This document shows, piece by piece, positions 1 to 13,108 of a stretch of 64,000 nt of DNA. Source of the stretch: Octopus sinensis (Eukaryota); the NCBI RefSeq assembly GCF_006345805.1, contig NC_043004.1:34534001-34598000 (forward strand), read 5' to 3'. A program made the position numbers and the translations under genes. The number at the start of each line of letters is the position of its first letter. Positions within the stretch are counted from its first letter, which is position 1. The notes under the pieces were generated by a model. That model was not told the DNA's origin, did not search any database, and saw only the letters and a program-made list of their open reading frames with translations.

Positions 1-196
1 ATGTGTATGGACAACCACAGTCTTATTTAGCTTGACATGTCCTCTCATGCACAGCAAACAGCCACGAGTCTCTGTCACTTGTCATCTCTGTGAAGCCCAA
101 AATCTGAAGATATTTCCTCACTATGCATTACATACACACACACACACACACATATGCTCACACTATAAATAAATCTGTATCTTAGATATAGATATA

Positions 197-595
197 GGCA
201 CAGGAGTGGCCATGTGGTAAGAAGCTTGCTTCCCAAACTCATGGTTCCAGGTTCAGTTCCCTTACGTGGCACCTTGGACAAATGTCTTCTACTGCAGCCT
301 CAGGCTGACCAATGCCTTGTGAGTGGATTTGGTAAATAGAAACTGAAAGAAGCCTGCCATATATATATATGTATGTGTGTGGGTGGGTGCTTGAGTGTCT
401 GTATCTATACCCCCAACATCGCTTGACAACTGATGTTGGTGTGTTTACGTCCTTGTAACTTAGCAGTTTGGCAAAAAGAGACCGATAGGATAAGTACTAG
501 GCTTACAAAGAATAAGTCGTGGGGTCAATTTTTTTTGACTAAAGGCAGTGCTCCAGCATGGCTGCAATCAAATAGCTGAAACAGATAAAAGAATA
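197..595 (+). mobile_element. tRNA-derived SINE, family A (near full length)
   Basis: Head GGCACAGGAGTGGCCATGTGGTAAGAAGC...GGTTCAGTTCCC has Pol III A/B-box-like motifs, then an internal TA/TG tract and a tail ending GAAACAGATAAAAGAAT. Homologous copies at 17771, 21478, 31496 and 54975. Confidence 0.85.
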
Positions 596-1214
596 TACAG
601 TGGTATTTGTATTTGTATATAATATATACTGATATGTGTATATGTAGATATATATATATACATTGTAGATGTAACTGTGCTGAAATATCTTTACTATACA
701 TAGATATACATAGCTACACTTTTCTCTTGATTAATATATAATAGATGTTATATGTAGGAATATTGTAGCTGATGAAGCTCTGAGAATAAAACTTAGCAAA
801 TTATAATTTAGAACAGAGGAATGTGTGAGATGTCAGAAGTAAATGTGAATTTTAGTTTTTATTTCAAATCAATATAAAAATTAAACGAAGCTAGAAAGCT
901 GGACAGTGAAGAACAATAGAAATTATGGCTGGAGAAGTCGTGAACTTTTGGCTGATACTTTCTTTCATATTAGAAGTGCAATGATAACATTGTCAGTGAG
1001 AGAGTCACCCGTAAAATGGATATTCAACCAATAAAACATCAACTCATCATAGAAAATTACTATCTGAAGCCAACAAAATAATTGAAATTGAAATTCTTTA
1101 AAATGGTTTATATCTTTGTCTTGTGGTTGGTTTCTATTTGTTCTGCTTGTTTGGAACAAAAAAGTAGAGACAATATATATATGAATATATATGTGTGTGT
1201 GTGTGTGTGTGGGC

Positions 1215-1285
<71 letters not shown>

Positions 1286-1416
1286 TATGCACATATATAT
1301 ACATGATGCAATGTATAAATTGTCTAAACTATGCAAAAATGAAAATAACACTGACATCATCATTTTAACGGATCTATTTACCAAAATTACATTAAAATAT
1401 CTTGAAATACTATAGA

Positions 1417-1445
1417 GGCACAGGAATGGCTGTGTGGTAAGTAGC
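1417..1445 (+). mobile_element. SINE family A 5' stub
   Basis: AGGCACAGGAATGGCTGTGTGGTAAGTAGC matches the family A head and is fused to a Tc1/mariner fragment. Confidence 0.6.
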
Positions 1446-1938
1446 CTGGAACACTTCTGGATGGTCTCCTTGTTTAAGTTGGTGAAAGCTGCCATAATTC
1501 TTGCCTTCAGTTCATCTTTGATGTTACAAGGATTTGTCTTGGTCTCTTGCTCAACTGCAAGGGGGTTCCAGTGTGGGGAGTTAGGTGGCGTGGCCAGATG
1601 TTAGGGGTGATGTGGTCACAGAAATTTTCTGACAGCCATGACAAGGTTCCCCTGCTTGTGTGGCATGGTGCAAAGTCTTGTTACCAGACATAGGGTCTTC
1701 CAGCAGCTATCCTCCACTCTTGGTGCATGTTCATATTGGGGCTTCTGGTGTGAATGCCAAGTAGTACAGCATGTCATTTCCAAATTTCTGGCAGAATGAA
1801 TTGCATCATGTTTTTCTCACAGATGGTGCCCAACTGACCCTACTATACTGTGTGGTCAACAAAATCAAAATCAAACAATGCACATGTGTGAAATTAAAAA
1901 TATAAAAGGGCAACAACTTACCTATCACACCTGGTATA
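1446..1938 (-). pseudogene. Tc1/mariner-superfamily transposase C-terminal remnant (maT/rosa-like), internally deleted
   Basis: Minus strand gives WLSENFCDHITP..WP..PNSP.WNP (degenerate WPPNSPDxNPLD motif) and ..ELKARIMAAFTNLNKETIQK. A possible left TIR begins TATACCAGGTGTGATAGG near 1938. Confidence 0.75.
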
Positions 1939-2075
1939 TAAGTATGTATCTATATAAATATGTGTATATATATAATAGATATGAATATGTAAATATATAT
2001 AAATATGTATATACATATATATATGTGTGTGTGTGTATGTATATATATATATAAAATAATTATATCATATATATA

Positions 2076-2139
<64 letters not shown>

Positions 2140-2348
2140 GTGTATATATATGAAAACATAAAAACTTATGCTATTTATAAATATGTATGATTTGCATATT
2201 TAACATACATACACATACTTTTATGTATTCATATGTATACATACATTCATGCATATATTTGCATAAAGATAATTTACAAATATAATTATGTGTGAGTGCT
2301 TGTGTCTGTGATTGTGTGTATAGTTATATATATATATATATACATATA

Positions 2349-2400
<52 letters not shown>

Positions 2401-2579
2401 CATATAATATATATATATACATATATATATATATATGTATATATATACTTAAAGGATGTTTTTATAAGAATAAAAACTGAGAACATTAACTAGAAACAGG
2501 AATGACTACAAATGCTGACGCTCATGTATTTACTAATTTCATTGACTGTAACTACGAAGTTTTGCCAGTGGTTTGTTGC

Positions 2580-2624
<45 letters not shown>

Positions 2625-2650
2625 CATGTATATATATATATATGTGTGTT

Positions 2651-2733
<83 letters not shown>

Positions 2734-2919
2734 ATGTATATACACATGCACACACACGTGTATGTGAGCATTTGCGAGTGTGTGTATATGTAAATGTGTA
2801 TTTATTTTGAACAAATTTTATACTTTTAGCTAAATCTTTCCTATTGCGGATATTTTAAAAATCAATTGCATTTCCTTTTTTTTTTTTTGTGTATTTGGAA
2901 AAATGCGTGTGTGTACATA

Positions 2920-2971
<52 letters not shown>

Positions 2972-2981
2972 TATATATATA

Positions 2982-3017
<36 letters not shown>

Positions 3018-3929
3018 AAAATATGGTTGTTTATCTACTTTCAAGTAAAATTTGATGGTTACAACAATATTACACTGCAACAATATTGATGTGTATATAT
3101 AATGTTAATAATAATGATAAAAATAATAATATAAAGTTTTATAATAATATTTTAATATAAAGAAGCCATAAATCTCTTAACAGAATACTTATATTTTTGG
3201 TTACAATGAGAAGTTAGAGAAACTATGAAAATGAAGTTTATTTATTTGAAGAGACCTTTTTAAAAGGAAATTCTGTTGGTTCAAGAATAATTGAAAACTA
3301 TTTCTGTAAGACATTTTTCTTTGTATTTATTGTTGCTCTTTAAATAATGCTGGCTTTCAAAATTAATTCAGACTTTCAGAATATTAGTTATTCAACTACT
3401 GGTCTACTAGTCTTTAGAAATAAAGAATTTCTGCATAAAATTCTTCCACTCTTTTTTCCACCTTTTTCATCAATTAATTACACTTTCTAAATATGAATGC
3501 CTCATGGCAGAACAGTTATGACGTTTGTTTCTAGCCATAAAATTCTGGGTTCAATTCTGCTTCAATTAAACAAGTGCTTTTGGTAAATAGTTTTAGCTTG
3601 ATTCAAGACTTTTGATGGAAATTAGGTGAATGGAAACTATGTGGAAACCTGTCAGAAGGATTTTACCTGTAATTTAAAGGTCCAGTTTTTGTCCTGAGTC
3701 ATACTGATTCTGTCTGAGTATTTCATTAATGGAACATATACCTGAGAAATGTTCAGCTGCTTTTAACGAGCAGTTATGTTTGTTAATTAAACAAGGTAAT
3801 GCTCACCATTAAACCCAAAAGAAATCTATTTTGTTTTAACTGTTTTGAGAGATGAAACATTTAATAAATGCCTCAGAATTTGAACAATTCACCAACATTC
3901 CTTCGTCCATCTATTTTTATATCTTTTTT

Positions 3930-4600
3930 ACACTGGCTCTATGATGGCCATGACATTCCAGCCATGGCCATCCAATACATTTCCCAAACATTTTAAAAAT
4001 GACATCGTTCAGTGTGAGCCTCAATTTCTAAGATGGTAGAATGTCATTTGAGAGTAACATGGCTGCCATTTCCTGTGGGTCATATTACTTCTTAGATATT
4101 GTTCTCCTTGGTTCTTGATGTTGCTATTAGTGTCTTTGTCAAAATATCCATTCCTCTAATGACCACCACCAACTAAATTCAGTGCCAGAAGGAAAAGCAT
4201 CAATGGCCTTTTTTTAAGCCCAAGGCTAGCCTTCATTGAGCAGACAGACATATGATCTATGGTATTTCAGCTCTGTCCAGTAATATTGCAGACAATGCTT
4301 CTAGGGCTACCTTATACAGAATATCATTCAGTTTTTAAAGAAGCTAACATGTAATTTGAAGACATTTGGTTGCTATTTCTAGCAAGTAGAATAAACACAT
4401 ACAGATTTTCTTGCTGGTGTTTGCTTTGCTGTTGTTTAACCACAGGTGTACCTTGATTGAGATCAACAATTAAAGATGTTCCATTCACTCATTCCAGAGA
4501 TACATTATTCTAAAATATATTTTCATTCAAAGACAGGAGAGACTGGTTTGAGAGGGATTTGAGAGGGATTTGAGGGGATTTGACAATTATTTCTCATGGA
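3930..4600 (+). repeat. Three adjacent degenerate copies of an unclassified interspersed repeat ending in a TTTGAG.GAGATTTGGCTGCTATTTCTAGC-like motif
   Basis: Shared motif order (CATTCCAGCCATG ... TTTGAGAG ... GCTATTTCTAGCA) at about 3935, 4215 and 4425. Related copies near 14330, 48335 and 58110. Confidence 0.55.
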
Positions 4601-4744
4601 GAGTTTGGAACTATTTTATATGCTTTCCAACTTTATTTTGATCTCCAGTCCAAAATGAAACACTCTGAGCTGTCTTATGCCCACTCCACCCTTGGCAAAC
4701 CAATGCACTAGTTCCAATAGTGTTCACTTTGTTTTAGCAAACCT

Positions 4745-4791
<47 letters not shown>

Positions 4792-4797
4792 AGTGTG

Positions 4798-5120
4798 TGA
4801 AGGCATGTGGCTTAATGGTAAGGGCATTCGGCTCGCGATTGTAAGGTCGCATGTTCAATTCCTGGCGACACGTTGTGTCCTTGAGCAAGACACTTTATTT
4901 CACGTTGCTCCAGTTCACTCAGTTGCCAAAAATGAATATCACCTGTATTTCAAAGGGCCAGCCTTGTTACACATTGTGTCACACTGAATCTCCTTGAGAA
5001 TTACACTAAGGGTACTTGTGTCTGTGAAGTGCTCAGTCATTTGCACGTTAATTTCACAAGCAAGTTGTTCTGTTGATCGTATCAGCTGGGACCTTCATTG
5101 TCACAACCGATGGAGTGCTC
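4798..5120 (+). mobile_element. tRNA-derived SINE, family B
   Basis: GAAGGCATGTGGCTTAATGGTAAGG (A box) ... CATGTTCAATTCCTGG (B box), followed by GTGTCCTTGAGCAAGACACTT, a central motif common in metazoan SINEs. Confidence 0.75.
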
Positions 5121-6079
5121 CTATGATATTATTAAATGACAATTTAGACACTAGACTCATTAAGTCACTGGACAACTGCCCACTGTGCTCATGCCCGAAG
5201 ATGGCAATGTGACCATCATCAACTAAAATGAAAATCTAAAGAAGTGGAACCAACACAAACAATCCCCACCACCACCACCACTTACCCACTACTGAAATTG
5301 TGACTGATGTTGTTTCATAAATATGAAGATATTTTCATTGTAGTTGTGAAGTCACATCAACATCTGATGAGTGGTGTGTTTATGCAAAAACACGAAACTC
5401 TGGGCTCTTGAGTCAATGCTGCGACTTCACAACTTTAGATAAGAGCACAAGTATGCATATATATACGCACATATACATAGGTATTGAGTTCTATTTGTGC
5501 TGTTTGTGTAACCAAGCCTAAATATAAAACTATTGATTTCAAATTTGGGCACATGACCAGCAGTTTTGGGGAATATGTTAAGGTGAATGTTAAGAATATG
5601 TTATATCGATCCCTGATGAGTTAATGACTCTGCCAGTTTTGCTCCCTTGAAATATTTTTATATTCATTTTATTTAGAGTTTGTTCTAATCAAATTTTAAA
5701 TTAGTAGATGATGGCAATGTTGCCATTAATGTTAACAAGTTCATGTTTGTAATTATCGTTATTGTGATAGATAACCAGTCATTGAGGCAAATGTATTGCG
5801 ATGTTTTGTCCATAGTCAAGACATTTAACTCTGCAATGACCAAATGACCCACCAAATTTGCCATTTATCTATTGATCTCTGACTTGAAGTGAATGTCAGA
5901 ATCTAAATGTTTTGTAAAGTTACTAAACATATATTGATTTATTACAGAGAGAGTTGGGGAAAGAGAGGGGCATATCCATATCTGTGTGCGTCTGTGTGTG
6001 TAAAGGCTTGATTGTGTCTGTAGAATTTAAAATATATCGTTCCACACACATAACACACTTTAATAATATTGAATAATAA

Positions 6080-6120
6080 TAAGTCAATATTATTAAACAC
6101 AGTTTAATAATATTGACTTA
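6080..6120. repeat. Perfect 19-bp inverted repeat with 3-nt loop
   Basis: TAAGTCAATATTATTAAAC-ACA-GTTTAATAATATTGACTTA. Confidence 0.9.
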
Positions 6121-7364
6121 GAATAATCTATGAACATACAAGAACAATACAGCAGAGTATCTGAGTAATATTCGGTGAAAGAAAAGTGTTGCAAGAGGGA
6201 CCACTCAGCCTACCTCTCATCACAATTGTGAAGGGGTGCAAAACTGTTGTCTTGCTGTCTTGTGGTGTCAAAAATATTGTTTCCCTCCTACCTGAATAGC
6301 TGTCCTATGCAACTGCTTAAAGGTAATTAGATTCAGCCTCTAAACCATATTTCAGCTTGATGCCATCACTTGAACTCTTGAGGTCCTTTGATTCCACCCA
6401 ATTTAAGTATTCAGTGTGGCCCCTAATTTGAGGATACCTTCTTTCCTTCATAGTATTAATCTTGGAGGCCTGGGAAACAATCATTGGTGCTGCCTTTTTC
6501 CTTTAGATAAAGTGTCTTCAGGTGTAAGGAAAAAGACTTGCATTGTAAGAAAGGGTACAACAATTAAACTGGTCCCTGGACTGGATTGAACTGGTATTTT
6601 ATTTTGTGACCCAGAAATATTAAAGACAAAAATACAACACAAGATTGAACTCAAACTGTAATGACCTGAAACTAATTATTCCAAGTCATTTTGTCCAATA
6701 CTATTACATTTCTGCCAGTTTAGATGATAATAAAAATATATTTGAAAGGTTATCTAACTTAAAAGATAAACTGTATCATCTTAAACATGTCCTATGCTAA
6801 ACCAGGAAAGCTTTGCTAGTTTCAGCCAAGCAGTTTGAAATGTTTCTTTATTCTAGATGTGAAACAAACATTGCTATAAACATAGAATGTTTGTTATATT
6901 ACTGTGCTCACAGCATCATCTTTCTCTGCTGCCATTTGGGAAGAATTTATGGAGTGTAAAGCTTCCCCCTAGTATAACTAAAAAGGCAGAGTTGGTTAGT
7001 AACCTTCTTTGGCAAATAATTCTAATGTAATACCTCTAGTTTTATGGTAGCAAAAGCAGTGTGAAACTGCTAAAAGAATCTCCCTTTAATACAAGATTAA
7101 AGATTAAGATTAGTTTACATAAACAAACGTTTACAATCAATATAAGTTAGCTGCTATGAAATAAATACTTCAAGTATTTTTATTTTTACATAAAAATATG
7201 TAAAATAAAACCCAGTTTCGTGTAACGCTGATTAACACCATAACATTCTTAAGTTAGGTCAGCAAAGGCTAGGAGAGGAACTTGGAATATAGAGCTTGAT
7301 TAAAAATGACAGCATTAACTATGCTTCATGCAGTAAACTCCCTAAAAAATTTTGCAATATGCTT

Positions 7365-7632
7365 CATCATCATCATCATCCTCATCATCATTTAACGTCC
7401 GTTTTCCATGCTAGCATGGGTTGGACGGTTTGACTGGGGTCTGGTAAGCCATGGAGATTGCACCAGGCTCCAGTCTGATTTGGTAGTGTTTCTATAGCTG
7501 GATGCCCTTCCGTGAGTGTAGTGGGTGTTTGTTACATGCCAACGGCACAGGAGCCAGTGCAAGCTGGCAAGTAGCCATGATTGGTTGGTGCTTTTACGTG
7601 TTACCGACACGGATGCCAGTCAGGTGACGCTA
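7365..7632 (-). mobile_element. 5'-truncated RTE 3'UTR-type repeat with (TGA)n tail
   Basis: (CAT)n + TTTAACGTCCGTTTTCCATGCTAGCATGGGTTGGACGG..., the same 3' end that is attached to an RTE ORF at 59253-59960. Confidence 0.8.
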
Positions 7633-7777
7633 GTTCAAATTTGAGAGAGAGAGAGAGAGATTCTCCTGTATTAGGGCTAAAATTTAAGTCAAAATGATAA
7701 ATTTCAATCCTTGACTAGCATCTGCATATCCCCGTTTTCTGATCTTAAATATTCTATCAGCTTTTATTTTATTTCAG

Positions 7778-7801
7778 ATTTGCTCAGCATCTCTACCTCA
7801 G
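7778..7801 (+). other. Candidate 24-nt microexon
   Basis: ttttattttatttcag|ATTTGCTCAGCATCTCTACCTCAG|gtaatt. Good acceptor and donor, length a multiple of 3. No expression evidence. Confidence 0.3.
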
Positions 7802-10626
7802 GTAATTATTACTAAAGCGACCCATCACTACAATAACAAAGTTTCATCTATGTAAAAGCTGATTGCAGTTGAGCATTTTATAAATAACTTAGGCATGTAT
7901 TAATGCCTCATGTATGTGAGAGGATACGCTTAAACTAACACGGTGGTTAAACTAACACATGGTTGTTTTATATCATCTCAGAGAAACATCAGACACAAAA
8001 AGAGAAATAAATGCTTCTAGATCAGAACTATAATATATATATGATGAAAGAGAAGGAAGTAGCTGTAACTGACACATTTAGTTCCTTCTTATCTTCAATA
8101 AATCTCAGAACATGTCGAATAAATATAATTTCCATCTGGTAAAACTGTTCGTCAACAAAGCTAAGTATACAGAATGTACTTTAGTCCATGCAACATTATT
8201 AACTGAAATAGTGATTGAACAGAAACACCAGACTAAAATTACATAAAAATTTATAGTTAGGAAACAACACTAAAAATTCATTCATGAACAAAGATACTAA
8301 ATTGAGAACAAATTAATTTAATGGCAGTAAAAAGAAAATCGAATAAAGGGTGAAAATTGCAATGATAAAGATTTCTTTTAAATTATGCAAAGTGAAACAA
8401 ATTAATTTTTTTATAAACTTTTTCTTAGATAAATCATTTTTGATTCCAGTAAAGAAAATATTAAAGAAAAGTAGCTTTCACACTGACTATATAAAGCATT
8501 TGTAAGCAGAAATTAATTAGTTTTTATATCAATTAAAAATATGTTATTCTAAGGGAGATTAATTTTAGACAAATTTAGATAAACAGCTATGGCTTGTAGA
8601 AATTTGTATCCATTTAGATTGCTTCTGGCCACTCGACGAAAGAACTACCATTTGAGTGATTTTAAAGAGATGGTTGTTAAATAAACAGGTAGAAAATGGA
8701 GAAACCATACAATAATCAGTGTAACATTGTAATCAGACATAGAATAATGGAATGCTTTTAAAGTATAGAAAATTTATAAATATATCAAACTATGGAAAAT
8801 TGATCAGTCAGCTGAATAGTTTTATGGTTAATACCATATTGTACTACAGGGTTGTGTGCATATTCAGTGCTCAAACGACCCAGTACAGCTACCTATAAAC
8901 AGATACAATGGGCAATTAGATGTTACTACTGTAAGGAATATGAGCATTATATCTTTGATAAATACTTCACTTGTTTACAGTACTAAGTTTAAATATGAGC
9001 AAGTGTTTTTATGTCTTATAGATATACTTACACTACTTGAAAACATGCTATAAACAAACGATTTTTGTGGTTTCTGAAAAGCCAGGTAGTTAAGTGCTAT
9101 GTTAGCTTTCAGAATTATTTTTCATAGGAAAAGTACAAGTATAAAAGGATGGGATAGAGTAGACTTTTATGTCAGTTACCAAAAGAGTTTTCACCCAAAT
9201 ATATATAAATAAAATAGGTATGGAATATAGCTTCTATAGAACAATAGACTCCACTTTTACTGTACAGGGGGCTTGTAATTTTTTTAATATCAATTTTCTG
9301 TTTTTACAGTACATCATATTTCATTGATTTTAGTGTTATAATACTGTGATTTTGCATTAAATTGTCATTTTTACATTGCTGTGATTTGTATTAAAAGCTA
9401 AACACAAAGTTAATATTTGCCTTTATCACAGAAGCAACTCCAAATACTGCATTACCATAAACAGTTGCAAGGATGAGATACAGGAACAGCCATGCATGTC
9501 TTCATTAGCCTCCAATGATATAACAAGACACCAAAGAGGTGAAGAGCTGAATGGTTAGTGACCCAGTCTGCCTATAACCCAAATGCCAAGTGCTGAAAAT
9601 GTAATTTACTACATTTGAAAATACTTAGGGCTTGTGGTTTCAGGTTGATTTGTTATTTTTACATTGCTTAGCATTGTATTAATATTGACGCCATGAGACC
9701 AAAATTTTAGATCAAGCTGGTATTTTCACATTTCTCTGATTTGAGGTCAAATGTGAAGAACTTGCAACCTTTGAAAATATTAACAGTAGCTTTTGAAAGA
9801 AATATATTTGCAGGAATATCATTTTATATTTTTACTGATTTAATTTTATTCAAATCCTTTTCTGCAACTAAATGTGAATTTTAGAAATAACCCTTTATAC
9901 TTTTTATTGACACTTGTAATTACTTTAAAAAAATGTAAATGTGAACTGCAGCCAAACACATGCATTGAGTTGTTGCCATTTGTGTTACCACGACTATCTT
10001 CAGAAGATGGCCGTGGACGCTTTTAAATTAAAACACACTTTGCTATTATAAAAATGCTGCTTTTATAAATTTAGGCTACCTGTTAAAATTTAGCTAAATT
10101 TTGTTAGAATTTTTATGACTAATTATATTTTATAAAATAAGTGAGGTATAGAAATATAAAATATTTTTTTAATGCAGTTTAGTCAAATGGCAGTTAACTT
10201 TAATGTGGCCATCCAACATAAAAAGGTTCTCCACTTCTGTTTTATATGAAAATAATCCTAGTGTCATGACACAATGATTTTATATTCCGTTGTTATTTTA
10301 TGTTGCTGTGATTTTAGATGCTAAAGATACCCGTATCACAAACCATGACTTTTTTTTTATCAAATTGTTATTTTTACATTGCTGGGATAATAGTTCAAAA
10401 GTGGTGAACCTGAGGCCATTTGAAAGTAATACAACATTTGATTGGAAAATCATTATATTGGAGCATATTTTTTCTTGATTTAATTTTATTTAAAGCATAT
10501 CGTTTCAACTAATTGTCAAATTTAGAAATGCACATTTATATTCTTTTATCTTGCAATTACTTTCAGAAGACTTAAATGTAAACTATAGCCCAGCACAAAC
10601 CTCATTTTGTCACAATGTCCAACTCT

Positions 10627-10857
10627 TTAATCCCACAGCATTTAAATTGGCCATATCTGGCCGCCCAAATATTCTGTCTATCTTATGTTCAAACCAAACA
10701 GATCCAGCCTCTTCCTCATACCCAACAATGTCATTCTAAATATATACAATCACATCATTGAAATCTTGAAGCTACAAGATCAAGCACAATTAACTGAAAA
10801 CAACGTGAATAAATAAGCATTACATTTGACAGAGTAATCTGAATGCTAAAGGGTTAA
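10627..10857. mobile_element. piggyBac-like MITE (TTAA-flanked)
   Basis: TTAATCCCACAGCATT ... AATGCTAAAGGGTTAA, degenerate TIRs bounded by TTAA. An opposite-orientation copy lies at 21895-22125. Confidence 0.7.
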
Positions 10858-12406
10858 TGATGGCCAAGAGGCTTCTGTATGTAATTGTGCTTTGCCATGA
10901 CAAAGATGTAAGGTAGCTGTTACGTTTTGTTAGAGATTTTATGATTTATTACATTTTATAAAATAAGTGAGGTTCAGCAGCACAAAATACATTTTTTAAA
11001 AGTGACATTTTCAGGTGGCAGTTAACTTCAATGCAGCTGCCCAACACAGATTCAAGTCTTCAGTTGTACACGATAAGGTTACTAGTCTGACAAAGTGCAA
11101 GAAATAGAAAAATAAATTATAATAGAACACAGCTTTTTTCTTTTGTATCTCTTTTTTTATACCATGGTTTACATGTTTTTTTTTCCACACTAGAACTTGT
11201 AAACATTACTGTTACTATTACTTGTATAAAATACTTTTCTTTCATTTATGCTCTGCAAATGATAAGATGTCAGCATGTTACACTATCTTTTTATGAATAT
11301 TCAATATTTCTGTGTTCAAAAGAAGTGTCTTATCTTTTATTTATTATTTTTAATTCAAGGTCACCAAGTTCTTAACCTCATATAAATATCAGATTGTGTA
11401 ACATTTTGATCAATAAACAGTGTATTGTATAAATGTATATATATGCATGCTTTTATTTATTTGAGTATTTAAAAAATGTATTAAACCTTCATGTAACCTG
11501 ATTTATCTCAAACATATTTATTGTTTAGTTGCATAACATTGAAAGCCAAGATTACCATTTATAGTTAATCTGTTGGTCTTGGATGCTTTCTGCATTTGTG
11601 AAATTAGTTTTGTCTCTTGTATATAAGACTAACTGCAATTTTCTATTACTGCCATTACTTCTTTTAATTCTACATCAGTGTTGTATTATCACTATTTGTA
11701 ACCTTAGATTAATGTAATCTAACTGAGATACATTAAACCCAATTTAATTAGTAGCTAACCAGAAAAAGAAACAAAACAAAACACAACATACAAATGAGAT
11801 TACAATTTTAAGAAAAGCTTTGATTTATAAATCATGTAAAGATGACAGTTTCAAGATTAGTGGCATGGATTCAAGTCTAAGATTTGCTATCCACAAGTAA
11901 TTTTTATTGTATGTTTATTCCAATAGAATTTTTAATTACTACTCTATCAGTTTGAAACTAATACTCACAATGGAATCTATGTATTATAAGGATAAGATTT
12001 AAGTGTGTTTTGTTAGACTCAAGTTCTGATAGTCTTTAAGGGGGTATAAAACCAAACAAAAATGTTTCTACTCTTCACACTTAAAAGTTAACAACAAACA
12101 AGATGAAGACAAATATCCGTCAAATGTAATAATGTACATTAGAATTGTTCTACTTATCCCCATTCTTAAAGAATGTATTAAATTAATTATTCAATTAAGA
12201 AGGTTATAATAACATCACCTTTTGATAAAGAAAGAATCAAACTGACCGAAGAAAGAAGAGATGACGGAAATGGTTGAAAAAATTTGCAGAGAATTGGGAT
12301 CAATAAAGAAAGGTCAAGAATTGTAAAGTAATGTGTTGCTCATGTGTAGAGTTGAGTGGAGATAGAGAGGGAAGCATCAAGTGACCAAGAAGCACAACCC
12401 AAACTA

Positions 12407-13108
12407 TAAGGGTCATCTAAAAAGTTCATAGGCTGACTATGAAGGAGTGATGCTAGAGCTGTGAAATCTTGCAGCCATTAATTTCAATTCTTCCTATTAA
12501 TAATTACACTATTTCTTTCCAGGTAAACTGACATCTGACTGTTCAAAGAAGGCTTCAAAAGTAGCTTGCAATGACTTCTCTTGAAAGTGGACAAATTTTG
12601 ACATCATGGTGTACCTGCAGAAATAAAATGGCCAATGCTATTAGGATATCTCATGAGAGAGTTGAGAACATTCTGCACAATGAACTCGGCATGACAAAAG
12701 TTTCTGCTTGGTGAGTGCCACATCTTCTGACACCTGATCAAAAGCACTTCAGGCTGATAACATTACAGTAAGACCTGATACTGTTTCAGGCAGATCCAGC
12801 TGGTTTCCTTAAATGTTTCCTCAGCCAGGATGAGTGTTGGCTTCATCACTTTGAGCTGAAAACAAAAAGACAATCCATGCAGTGGAAACACCTCTCTGCA
12901 CCTGCTCCAAACTGCAAGGAAGGTGATGGCCTTAGTTTTTTGGGAGGCAAAAGGCATTGTGTTTATTGACTATCGATGGAAGGTACTATGCGAACTTGCT
13001 GAGGCAGTTATGAAAGGCTAACCAATCCAAATGCCCAGGAAATCTGATGAAAGGGGTCTAGTTTTACTAGGACAATGCTCCAGCACTCAGGTCCTTCATT
13101 TCAATGGG
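12407..13108 (+). pseudogene. mariner transposase remnant 1
   Basis: Decayed ANAI.ISHERVENILHNELGMTKVSA.WVP.LLTPDQK (WVPxxL motif), QDECW.HHFE.KTKRQSMQW, KVMA.VFW.AKGIVFIDY and DNAPA. Multiple stops and deletions; TIR-like start TAAGGGTCATCTAAAAAGTTC. Confidence 0.85.

Larger units (their letters stand above)
1175..3015. repeat. Cluster of (TA)n/(TG)n microsatellites
   Basis: Long TA and TG dinucleotide tracts at about 1175-1310, 1950-2160, 2320-2450, 2580-2760 and 2910-3015. Confidence 0.95.

Noticed and set aside
197-280. tRNA gene
   Set aside because: The A/B-box-like heads are followed by SINE bodies and occur in many decayed copies. No complete cloverleaf is evident.
768-815. CTGATGAAGCTCTGAG...CTTAGCAAA hammerhead-like motif
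   Set aside because: The GAAA, stem III and cleavage site are missing. At most a heavily decayed relic.
6290-6510. ~60-codon open frame on minus (RKKAAPMIVSQ...)
   Set aside because: No recognisable motif and no convincing splice-site pair; within chance expectation.
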